Below the pieces are notes generated by a model. That model was given only the letters and a program-made list of their open reading frames with translations. It did not search any database and had not been told where the DNA came from. This document shows positions 53,361 to 64,000 of a stretch of DNA of 64,000 nucleotides, in pieces. The DNA lies in the NCBI GenBank assembly GCA_964016885.1, contig OZ024742.1, positions 173,972,001-174,036,000 on the forward strand. Reading direction: 5' to 3'. Every line of letters begins with the position of its first letter. The stretch's first letter is position 1. This DNA is from Eledone cirrhosa. Lineage: Eukaryota. The translations under genes and the position numbers were made by a program.

Positions 53361-56300
53361 GTTTATTTATGTTCGTCTACAGCGTGATAATGCCACACAA
53401 AAATCACCGGGAGTGACGAAATCACCGGTGGTTATGTAACCATACATTCGCCAATCCTCGATAAGAGTGTTTAAATGTCGAACCTAAACAGTTTGAATAA
53501 CGGTGAAGTGGAGACTAGAATGTCATGTGACAGACTCTCACCTGATAGGTTCTCCCTGGCTCAGCAGCAGGGAACTGGCTGTCAACCAAATACTGCTGGT
53601 GTCGGAAGAAGAAGAAGAAGGAAAGGGACCAGAACCAACTGGACGAAAGAATTGAATAGAACTGCTATGCAATGTTACCTGAAGAGTAACCCCAAGGAGA
53701 AAGGCTATAGGAAAAGGATGCATAACATCTGGAACGAGATTGGTCTATTTAACTTAGATGAACAAAAATTGGCCGGGCAGGCTCGGGTAATAAGAACTAA
53801 TGGGTGGATAAGTGAGCTGGAACTGGAGGAACTGAGCAGAGAGATTAGCTTGGAAATGGAGAGTGGAGTATGCCAGGCAAACGAGCCAGTGGGAAATGAA
53901 GGTGAAGAGGTCGAGAGAACGGAGGAACCATCCGAAGCAGACAATGATCTGAATGCTGAAATAAATAATACCTGGAATAGAGATACGGCCACTGAGGAGA
54001 TGCATGCTGACGGGCTAGGACAAGATTTGGTTGATATCCTAAACTTAGTGGTAGATGAATTGAACAATGATAGTGGGAAACATATGAACCTAAGATTTGT
54101 AGACAGGAAACAGTTAAAAGAAACAACGGCTAAGGTAAACAAAGTCATCCCATACCTTGAGGCGAGGAGCCTTCACCAATGGAACAATATCCTCAAAGCA
54201 ACAGAAAATACGGTGAGGAAACTACTTGGTATGAAAGCGAGAGGAAACAGCAAACAAGAAAGACAGCGCCTTGGTGGAAGAAACGACTGAGTGGTCAAAT
54301 CAGGGAAATGAGAAATGACATTGGAAATCTTGAGTCCCTACTGAATGGGACACTAAAAAACATAGACACTAAAAATAGACTGGAAATAAAGTACAAAACT
54401 AGGAGGAAAAAGCTAAATATTATCATAGAGGAACTGAAGCAACGCATTGTAGCAAAGAGTGCAACAATCAGGCGATACGAGAGCAGAGTCAGACAGTATA
54501 GACAGAACCGCCTGTTTGACAACAACCAGAAGATGGTGTTTGGACAGCTTGAAGGGAGAGAAAGAGGCAATGACTTGATCCATGAGGCGGAACAAACTAA
54601 AACATTCTGGAGAGGAATATGGGAGCAGAATGTTGAACATAATGACCAGGCAGTGTGGATTGAAACAGTACAGAAGGAGATTAGTGAACAGGCACACCAA
54701 CAAACTGATTTGAGTATCACAGTTGAAACTCTTAAGTGGCAGGCCAAAAAACTAACCAACTGGAGATCACCAGACCCAGATGGTGTGCAGGGGTATTGGA
54801 TTAAAAATATAACATCCCTCCACCCAAAACTGACAACCATGTTCAATGACTGCTTGATGTCAGGTGAGGTACAAGAGTGGTTGACAAAAGGTACCACAGT
54901 TCTGATAATGAAAGACCGAATCAAGGGTAATGGTGTTACCAACTATAGACCAATCACATGTCTGTCCGTAATGTGGAAACTGTTGACAAGCATTATGTCT
55001 GAAGAAATCTACCATCACCTCCACACAAACAACTTGTTACCGGACGAACAGAAAGGATGCCGAAAGAAGTCCCGTGGTACAAAGGACCAGTTACTTATTG
55101 ATAAGATGGTAATGAGGAATTGCAAAAGGAGACACACTGGTCTTGCCATGGGATGGATATACTACAAAAAGGCATTTGACATGGTGCCTCATTCTTGGAT
55201 CACCAAAAGCCTGGAGATCTTCAGGGTGGCAGATAACATCAGACAGTTGTTGGGCAAAAGTATGAAGTCCTGGGAAACAGAGTTAACATCAGCTGGAGAA
55301 TCCTTGGGAAGCGTGAAGACCAAGAGAGGTATCTTCCAGGGAGATAGTCTGTCCCCTCTGTTGTTTGTCCTTGCCCTGATGCTCCTGACCAGTATACTGC
55401 AAAAAGTGAGAGCAGGATACAGGTTGGGAAAGGGAGGGCTTACCATCAATAACCTCCCCTTCATGGACGATCTTAAGCTCTTCGGGAAGAGTGAGAAGGA
55501 GTTGGATGTGCTTGTTGACACTGTCCGTATTTTGACCAATGATATATGTATGCAATTTGGTATTAGTAAGTGTGAAGTCCTTGTGGTGAAGAGGGGTAAA
55601 TTGAGCAGAAGTAACGGAATCCAGGTACCAACAGGTGAGATGATAAAGGGAATTGACACTGAAGAAGGATACAAGTATTTGGGTGTTCTGGAGGCTGATG
55701 ACATCAAGAACAAAAAAATGAAGGAATTGTTAAGAACTGAATACATTCGGAGAGTAAGGAGCGTATTGAAGTCACATCTGAACAGCAGAAATGCCATAAG
55801 CGTAGTAAATTCCCGAGCTGTGTCTATTATTAGGTACAGTGCGGGAATTCTGAAATGGAATGTTGCTGAACAAAAAGAAATGGATAGGGAGACTAGGAAG
55901 CTATTGACTATCTACAACATGTTCCACAAGAGGAGTGATGTCGATACACTCTACTTAAGGAAATCTGAAGGTGGAAGAGGTCTTATCAGCATAGAGGACT
56001 GTGTTCAGATGGAGAAAAACAACCTACACAAATACGTTACTGATAGTAAGGAGCCAATACTCAGAACTGTACTGAAGGAGAGGACAATAGACCAGGGGAT
56101 GTCCAAGGAGGAAATAACAACAAGGAGTAAGAGCAGCCTTCAGGAAAAATTCCTTCATAGTACCTTCTTTGAGAAAACTGAATTCAGAGATCCACAGACA
56201 TGGAACTGGTTGAAAAGAGGAGACCTTAGAAAGGTTACAGAAGGAATGTTAATGGCTGCGCAAGAGCAGGCCCTCAAAACGATGTGGTTGAAACACCATA

Positions 56301-56772
56301 TTTACAAGGAGGAGGCTAGCCCACTGTGCAGGATCTGTGGAGAGAGAGAAGAGACTGTGGCTCACATTGTATCTGGTGGTTGTGACCAAAGAAAAAAGAT
56401 CGTTCCTGAGTGTGGATGTGGCCTTCCCATTCGACACGAGAGTGCAAGATAAGGAGAGGGATAAAATTAACCGACACCAGGACTTAAAGTGGGAGGAAAA
56501 AAGGATTTGGAACTGCCATGAAGTCAAAGTGGTCCCGATTGTCATAGGCGCACTAGATACTATCTCAAAAGGTTTCCTAGGATGGTTAAAGAAAATTGGC
56601 CCTTCACGCTTTTTGGAACGCTTCAAAAGGCATGCTTGCTGGGAACAGCAAGAACCCTCCGATACGTCCTGAATATCTGAGGCTGCAGGTAGTGGCTTGA
56701 TATTCATTTCAACAAACTTTCCAGTTAACTAACATCAATGACTGAGACTCAAAGAATAATAATAATAATAAT
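53361..56772 (+). mobile_element. Near full-length R4/Dong-like RLE LINE (inactive)
   Basis: Single ORF split by a frameshift (53475..54290 and 54179..56452); RT motifs GIFQGDSLSPLLF and FMDD; CRIC finger; ~218-bp deletion at 56373 relative to 42853-43070; ends with (AAT)6. 5' boundary uncertain. Confidence 0.95.
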
Positions 56773-57016
56773 GCTTTCTTTATTAACCACAAGGGTTTAC
56801 ATAAAGTAGACATTAAGGACAGTACAGGACAATACAGGACGGTACAAATGGGCATTTTTGCGTGTAAAGAAACAGAGGATGTAATAAAAATAACAATGAA
56901 AAATTTACCAATAGGAGGGAGACTTCCGAGGGACATTTGTGGAGAAAGCCCATTAAAGGGGCACAGTGAACCTGACCACCAGTGCAAGTGCCCTCTCCCA
57001 GTTTTCCACCTTTAAT

Positions 57017-60000
57017 TTACATACACATACTCAGAGTAGGCCCATTCACTCGGGCTATACTTGCTTCTCTCACCCATCTTTCACCAAAATGCTGGGAAGT
57101 GAGCACTTCCCTCTCTACCCTGATTTTCCTTTTCAAGTGAAATTTGAAAAAGTTAATTAGGGCATCACCGAAGAAGTAAGTGCTCGTCTTCAGTCCTTTC
57201 GAACGTGTCCACCATACTATCTGTTTCACCATGGCCACCAGACAGATAAAAACTGCCTGCCCTTCCCGGCTAAAGGAAGAGGGCGGGGCATTCCTCACGG
57301 TGGACTCAGCTGATAGCTGGATCCGTCCTACACGTGACAGCAGGTGTTCGATATAAATCCACAAGTCAGCAATGCTCGGACACTGGACGAGTTCGTGCAG
57401 GACGGTTTCGTCGCCCTGCGCGCATCTCGGACAAGCCCGGCTGACGGCATCTCCATGCCTGTAGAGTTTATCCCGTACTCGCAAAGCTCCTCGGTAGCAC
57501 TGCCAGGCCAGTGATTTCTGGAAATTGTCCATAGGCCCCGGCCCGAAAGTCCTTCCGAAGAGATTGGCTAGTTGATCTTCGTCGACGTCTAGAGTTTCTC
57601 CAAGTACGACGTCGCTCTTCCCCTCCACTAATCCTCTATAGAACGCCAAGGTGGAGTTTCCGCCAATCACATTGCCCGATGGGTCGAGGGCTGTGAGCGC
57701 CTGACGACATTCCAGTCTCAAAGCGTCCCTCTCGGTCTTCGCTTGACCCAGGACAGCACCTCCGTCAAGGAGACGAGCTGGGGGAAAATGCGTCTAGAAA
57801 ACGGCGACCACACCTGACCACCGTCGAGAAAGAGGTGGAGATGTAGCCTGAGCGCGTGTCTGCGCATCATCAGACACGGCATGACCAGCGCTCCACGTAG
57901 CGGGTGTTGACAGCAGATGGACCGCCTGACAATCGGAGCGCGTCCCTTCCACAAAAAGCGAAAGAGCAAACGCTCCAGCGCAGTCAGGCGGGGCTTAGGA
58001 CGAGGTACGACGGTCAGATGGTAGTAGATGACGGACGCGATGTACGCGTTAGCCACTTGCGCTCGACCTTTCAGGGATAGCTTCCTCTCCGCCCATTTCT
58101 GGATGAGAGAAGCCACCCTGCTCGTCACCTCGTCCCAGTTTTTGTCCGTCTGGAGGTCCGGACCGAACCAGACCCCTAGCAATTTAACAGGTCCGTCCGT
58201 CCAGCGCCCGACGACGCTGTTGAACGGCATGGACCTGCCTCTCCAGGTGCCGAGCTGCAGGCCCACTGACTTTTCCTGGTTGATCATTGCTCCTGGCACC
58301 GCTTCGTAGTCTCTTAGTGTAGTGCCGATCGCCTCGATGTGTTTGGCGTTCGACACCACTACGGTGACATCGTCCGCATATGCTGACACGGGTCTTCCGT
58401 ATCCTAGTTCGCGGGGGACTCCCTCAACGTCTCCAGTTTGTGCAGTAATGGCTCGAGAGTCAATACGTACAATAGGGACGAGAGGGGACATCCTTGGCGG
58501 ACCGAGCGCATGATGTTGAACGGTTCCGAAAGGTGACCGTTCACTCTCACCTCAGAGCAGATGTCGCTGTGCATGGCAGCGATCCAGCCTCTGAAGGCGA
58601 ACCCAAAGCCAGCCGCCCACAGGACTGCTGCTAGGTAACGAATGTCAACCCTATCGAAAGCTATCTACTGATCTAAATTGATCAAGGACCCACGCGTGCC
58701 ATGTTCCCTAGCTACCCGATCCACGATGTATCGCATGAGGTGCAGGTTGTCGTGGATGGATCTGTTTGGAATGGCGCATGTCTGCGCCTTTCCCACGAGA
58801 CCACCAACGACAAGCGCCAAGCTCTTTGCTAGCACCTTGGCCAAAATCTTGAACGCTGTGTTTAACAGAGTTATGGGCCTGAAATTATCTATGTTATCCC
58901 ATTTTTTCGGATCCTTTCTCAGCAGCGCCACAGCTCCTCGGCTCACACAGCTGGGAATTCTGCCATTCTGTTGCCAGTTGCAGTAGACGTCCGCCAAGAG
59001 GCCTCCGAACAAGTCTGGCATTTGTACGTAAAGTTCATAGGGTAGACCATCCAAACCAGCCGATTTACCCCTTGTGCAGCCAGTCCTTGCCTCCCGTACT
59101 TCAGCTGCTGTAATCGGCTTTTTGCAACACTCCGCCTCAGTGACCGAGAGCCACCGCAATCCGTCGAGGTAGACACTAAAGTCCATCCCTCGATCCGGCC
59201 CGCCGCTGCCCCCGAGCAGCTGTGCGAAGTGTCGCTGAAAAGCTTCACACATTTTCCCGGGATCGAGTAGCATACGCCCGTCGTGGTCCACCAAAGACCG
59301 GATCGTGGCTTTGTTGCCACGACGCGCCTCCGCCACTCGGGTCCATTGAACGGCTTTCATCCCCTCGTGTCTGAGAGCGCGCACCCTAGCTCTGACAACG
59401 CAGCCTTCGTGCTTTGCATTGAAGAATTGGTCAAGGGCCAATTTCGCCGCAAGTACGTCGGTCGCGATGCCTTTGCTAAGCGCCTCGTCTAATTTTCTAA
59501 CTAATTCTCCGTTTGCTTTATTTTTCTCTATTGCTAAAGCCTTACTAAACCTAATGGACTCTATTCTAATTGCTCTTTTCAGAGCAAACCACCACGTGTT
59601 GTTGACGATGGCCCCCGTCTACGCCCGCTTAACTAGTTCGCTAATTCGGTCTCTGTAGGCCTTGCGCGCTGGTAAGGACGCGTTTAGCTTCCAGTAGCCG
59701 AGTCCTCGTCTATGAAGCCTATCTAAGTGAAGCACACAGATCACGAATTTGTGGTCCGTGTAGCCAACTATCTTGAATTGTGGACAGCCTATGCTAGAGC
59801 TATCTATTTCCCTACAAAATACTCTATCTAGATATGATCTGGATGATCTATGCGATTTGTCCAAGTCCACAATGGCACATTCGGGAAATCCAATCGGTAC
59901 CTGTCAGACAGTTTAAAACGCCAGAGCAGGTTGGTGAGACTTTTGCACCCTCCTCCCCTATCCGCTGAACCCACACAGAGCTAGCGTGCATCTAAAATCC

Positions 60001-60445
60001 CGTTCCAGTCGCCCACTAACACTAAAGAGCGGGCGTTCCAAGAAAGGTCTCCAGACGCCGGAAGAAATCAGGCCGCCCTGCTCCTGTCCGGGCATAGACG
60101 GCCACTAGACTGAAAGCTTGCCCGTCTTCGCTGGTCACGCCTAGCACCACCAACTTACCTTCTGGGTCCAGGAAGATGGCGAGATCCAAACCTCTCCGAA
60201 AAAGCACAGCAACTCCTTCCCCCCGATCCCGGACGGCTGGGAGATGTGTACACATCATAGCCACCGAAGATCGGGGCGAAGGCCCGTGCTTCGGAGATTC
60301 GTGTCTCGCTGATGGCTACTACATCTATGTTTAGTGACCTGAGGTCGTTGAGCAGGTGGCCCTGCTTTCATGACGACCCCAAGCCACGCGCATTTATGCT
60401 GCCTATTCTGAGTGAGGTAACGTTGAGGAAGGATGGTTTCTCCAT
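57017..60445 (-). pseudogene. Tx1 ORF2: APE endonuclease, RT and CCHC finger (stops and frameshifts)
   Basis: From ATG 60445: GSINARGL..VAISETR, VAVYA, YLDRVF, TDHK, GYWKLN; KSAGLDG, NFRPITLLN, AYADD; CPRC..ETVLHELVQC. Confidence 0.93.
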
Positions 60446-62359
60446 CCTTTTCACTGCTTGTGGCCTCCTCAGGAAGGATGTCCTTATAAATCCTCCTGGA
60501 GAGTGTTTGTCGGAAGTCTCCGATGTCTTTGGGGAATTTTTGTTTTAGTATCGTGTACGTTTTCTGTGTGATGAGAGTGATTTGTATGTGTGGAGGTGGT
60601 GTGAACATTTGGGTTGTTGTGTAGTCTTTTTCTGTGATGCTGGTGTTGTGCTGGATGTAGTGTAATAATTGGTTGTTGTTCAAATTTAATGCTGTGTAGT
60701 GTGTATCGTTTTGGTTGTTTTGTTTTGTTTGCATTTGTTGTGGGTTTGTTTCTGTTTCGCTTTTTGGTGACTTTTGTGTTGTTGGTGATGGCGGTGTTGG
60801 GGTTAATGATGGTGATGGTGTTGGTGTTTGTGGTGATGGGGTTGGTGATGCTGGTGTGTATGGTGGCATATCTGTACTAACTCTCTTGTTTGATAGTTTA
60901 TTTGTTTACCTCTGTATTTTTTTTTGGGGGGGGGGGGAGAAGAGAATTTTTTTCTTTTTCGGTTTCTTTTTTTTCTTTTTTCCTGATACCGTTTCCCACT
61001 CCTCGTCGTCACAATCTGTCTCCAGTTGTGATAGGCCGGGGAGTGGAAAATCTTCCACAGGCGTTGGTTTTGGATGTGGCGTGGTGGATGGTGTAGGCGT
61101 TGGTGCTAGTTCTGGCGCGTTGGGTGGTGGTTGTGTTGTTTTTGCTATTGTTGCTGGGGTTGTTGCTGTTACAGTTGCTTCTGTTGTTGCTGCTACAGTT
61201 GTTGCTGCCATCTCTGCTGCTGGTGGTGTTGATGGTTGAGTCACTGGTGTGGGTAAGAGAGGTGGCTTCAACCTTTTAGCCTGAGGGCAGAAATCCCTTA
61301 GGTGGGTTCCTTCACCACAAACGACACACCTAGGCCTTCTGACCTCGACGATTACGGTGAGGTAGCTGCCATCAGGGAGGTCTATTACCTCTGGGATCTC
61401 CTCAGTGCTTTTTTGGTCCGCTTGGATCAGGAGCTCCATCCATGATCCGGACCAGTTCTCCTGCTTTTCTTTCGCTATTTCGATTATCTTGGTGTTGGCT
61501 TCGATGCCGGTGAGGACGGCAGCTATTAGCCAGGGCATTCCGATGGCCGGTGGAACGTGCGTGACTCTGATCTTTACGAGTCTCTGGCCACAATAGCTTG
61601 GGACGAGTGTGAAGTCGTCACTTCTTAATGGGTCCATGGAGTGTTCTCTAGCCTCCTCTGGTGTTTCAAAGAACACGTCCAAGGTCCCATATTTCTGCCC
61701 ACGTCTGATGTGGTTTTTGTTTGCCCACACATGTCCCAAAGCTTTTGGGATTTGGGACTGGGATGCCCGTTCCCCTCGGCGCGATTTTATATTAATTGTT
61801 CGATAAGACACGGTGCATAGGCGCCGATGCTCCATTTTATTAGGTGTGTGTGTGTGGGGGGGGGGGGGTAGGCTGACCCTGCTCCCATCTTTCTTTACCA
61901 TTTTTTTGGCTTTTCTAATTCCTCCTGAGTTACCTGAAATGCTACTCTGGCAAAACTCAGGGTGGTTTTCTTAATGTCATTGTTCTTGTTGTTGTTATCG
62001 TTATTTTTGTTATTATTAATTTTTGTTTCAGTTGTGGTGGTGGTGGCGCCATTGTTGTTCGGTGTGGAAGAGTTCATTTTGCTTGAATTCATTTCGATAT
62101 CACGACTTAATTTATTTTTTTCTTTTGTTTCTGTTGTCGCGTTGGTGGTGGTGGTGGTGTTTGTCGCGGTGGTGGTGGTGGTGGCGGCTTTAACAACTGC
62201 AGTCATTGGTAATGGCGGGAAATGAATGTCTGCCTGAGACAAATTTAAAATATTGCTACTGCTTATATTTTTAGTGTTGGCAAACGTAGTAATATTTACA
62301 ATGGTGGTGTCGGTGTGCGGTGTTAGTTTGTGAGGAAGGAGTGACTCTGAGTCATCCAT
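60430..62359 (-). pseudogene. Tx1 ORF1 (gag-like, frameshifted)
   Basis: ORFs 61895..62359, 60906..61901 and 60255..60869; zinc knuckle CVVCGEGTHLRDFC (CX2CX4HX4C); T/P-rich linkers; EWETVSGKKKK. Confidence 0.85.
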
Positions 62360-62545
62360 GATTTTTCAAAGAAAAATTTTGTTTGATAATTATAAAAGTT
62401 TAAATTTTGTCCTTTTCAGATAATAATGTGTGTGCACGTATATACAGTTAACAATAAAAATGTTCCATGAATGGCAATTTTAAACAACTGAAAATAACAA
62501 ACATTTCCGGAGCTCACGAAGATACGATTTACAACGTAGGTCGCC

Positions 62546-62563
62546 AATAATAATAATAATAAC

Positions 62564-62600
<37 letters not shown>
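62546..62600. repeat. (AAT)n microsatellite
   Basis: Direct reading. Confidence 0.97.
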
Positions 62601-62601
<1 letters not shown>

Positions 62602-62609
62602 GTTCATAT

Positions 62610-63420
62610 TATACATGCCACATGGAGAGAGAGACAAATGAAAGATACAGCTCACCTTGAGGAACAAACATGGGAAAATATAACAGTTGAACGTTTTGCT
62701 CTTAGAAAAACCAGCAAATGGAAATCCCCAGGTAAAGACAAAATACCAAATTTTTTGGTGTTAGCCCAACTTTACAATGAAATGGTTAAGGAGCCAGAAA
62801 ATATACCATCATGGCTAGTTAACAGCATTACATTCCCACTTCCGAAGAATGATGAGACAAACAATCCCAAAAATGACAGACCGATAATTTGCTTGACCAC
62901 AATGTATAAAATGTTAACATCAGTCCTAACTGATCGGGGGAATGTGATAAGAGAACTTGATCAACAGGAAACTTACAAATATCTAGGTACTTGTGAAGGA
63001 GACGGAATCAAGCACTCGACAATGAGGGAAAGGATAAGGAAGGAATGTTACCACAGAGTAAGAGCAATCTTAAGAACGGAATTGAATGCAAGGAATAGGA
63101 TCGATGCCATAAACACGCTTGCCATACCAGTAGTAACCTACAGTTACAATGTCATCAACTGGTCAAGCACAGAGATCCGTAGGCTCGATACAAAAATTAA
63201 AAAATTCTTAACCATGCACAGAATACATCACCCTAAGGCAGATACAGATAGAATATATCTTCCCAGGAAAAAAGGAGGACGTGGGTTAATCCAGTTAGAC
63301 ATTGCGTTGAAAACTGCAACAATTGGATTATCTACATATCTAAGGGAATCACATCATTGGATGATCAAACTCGTTTTGAAACACGAAAGCATCAAAATAT
63401 AATACTCCATTACAAAAGAT
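62610..63420 (+). mobile_element. R4/Dong-like LINE fragment (different family) lacking the RT core
   Basis: WKSPGKDKI..RPIICLTTMYKMLTS joined directly to ELDQQETYKYLG..GGRGL; the QGD and xDD motifs are absent. Confidence 0.88.
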
Positions 63421-63424
63421 GCAC

Positions 63425-64000
63425 ATACTTGAAAAAGATCAAATCGTATCATGTCAGAATCAACCCAGCTAAATGTGTGTTTGGTACAGCTTCACTGGAA
63501 TTCCTAGGACATCTGATAGATTCAGAAGGCATTCGACCTCTGCCATCTAAGGTGGGAGCGATTCAGCGAATCGCACCCCCCGCCTCATTGAGGCAGTTAT
63601 GTCATTTCTTAAGATTAATCAACTTTTATCGTCGTTTCATCCCTAACTGTGCGGATAATTTGTTTCCCTTGACATAGTTGTTAAAGGCTGCGAAAAAGAA
63701 AGATGCTCCCATTTCACTTTCTGTCGATGCTTTGCAATCTTTTGAATCCGTCAAGACTGAAATAGCTCAAGTATCATTTCTAGATTTTCCTTTTGCGAAT
63801 GCGAGGCTATCCTTAACTCTCGATGCGTCCGATCATGCTGTCGGAGCAGTCTTGCAACATACAATCAACCACCAGTTTCAACCACTGGCGTTTTTCTCAC
63901 GCCAACTAAAACCAGCAGAGCAACGTTACAGTACTTTTGACAGAGAGCTTTTAGCAGTTTATCTTGCTGTGAGACACTTCCACCAACTTGGCGGGAGTTC
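63425..64000 (+). mobile_element. Ty3/Gypsy pol fragment (RT C-terminus and RNase H), runs off window
   Basis: INPAKCVFG..LEFLGH..NFYRRFIP, a stop at 63675, then TLDASDHAVGAVL..PLAFFSRQLKPAEQRYSTFDRELLAVYLAVRHF. Confidence 0.93.

Larger units (their letters stand above)
56773..62545 (-). mobile_element. Full-length Tx1/L1-clade LINE (~5.8 kb, mutated)
   Basis: 5' UTR, ORF1, ORF2 and 3' UTR present; both ends abut (AAT)n; both termini match the copies at 37821 and 37846. Confidence 0.95.

Noticed and set aside
53361-53475. HDV-like ribozyme at the Dong 5' end
   Set aside because: A hairpin and CGCCAA are present, but P1/P2/P3 pairings could not be assembled; needs a descriptor search.
54295-55797. 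Long antisense ORFs over LINE ORFs (also over the RTE and Tx1 copies)
   Set aside because: Shadows of the sense-strand retroelement coding frame.

Overview
AT-rich animal genomic DNA made almost entirely of decayed retroelements and microsatellites. The repeat repertoire resembles coleoid cephalopod (octopus-like) DNA; that taxon call is an inference. No intact host gene, RNA gene or prokaryotic feature could be supported. The window holds several RTE LINE copies (one family has a PHD-type C4HC3 finger inside ORF2), R4/Dong-like RLE LINEs, a full-length but mutated Tx1/L1-clade LINE plus two partial copies, a Gypsy pol fragment, a probable solo LTR, two to three tRNA-derived SINE families, MITEs, a 781-bp tandem duplication and a higher-order minisatellite. 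Three patterns stand out. (1) A set of (TA)n-flanked fold-back elements carries hammerhead-ribozyme motifs (Penelope-like/retrozyme-like termini), with a compensatory base-pair change between two copies. (2) A Tx1 LINE appears to target (ATT)n, and a SINE whose readable target-site duplications all start with ATTA may be its partner. (3) The elements sort into (TA)n-associated and (AAT)n-associated groups. All calls come from reading the sequence by eye; element boundaries are approximate.
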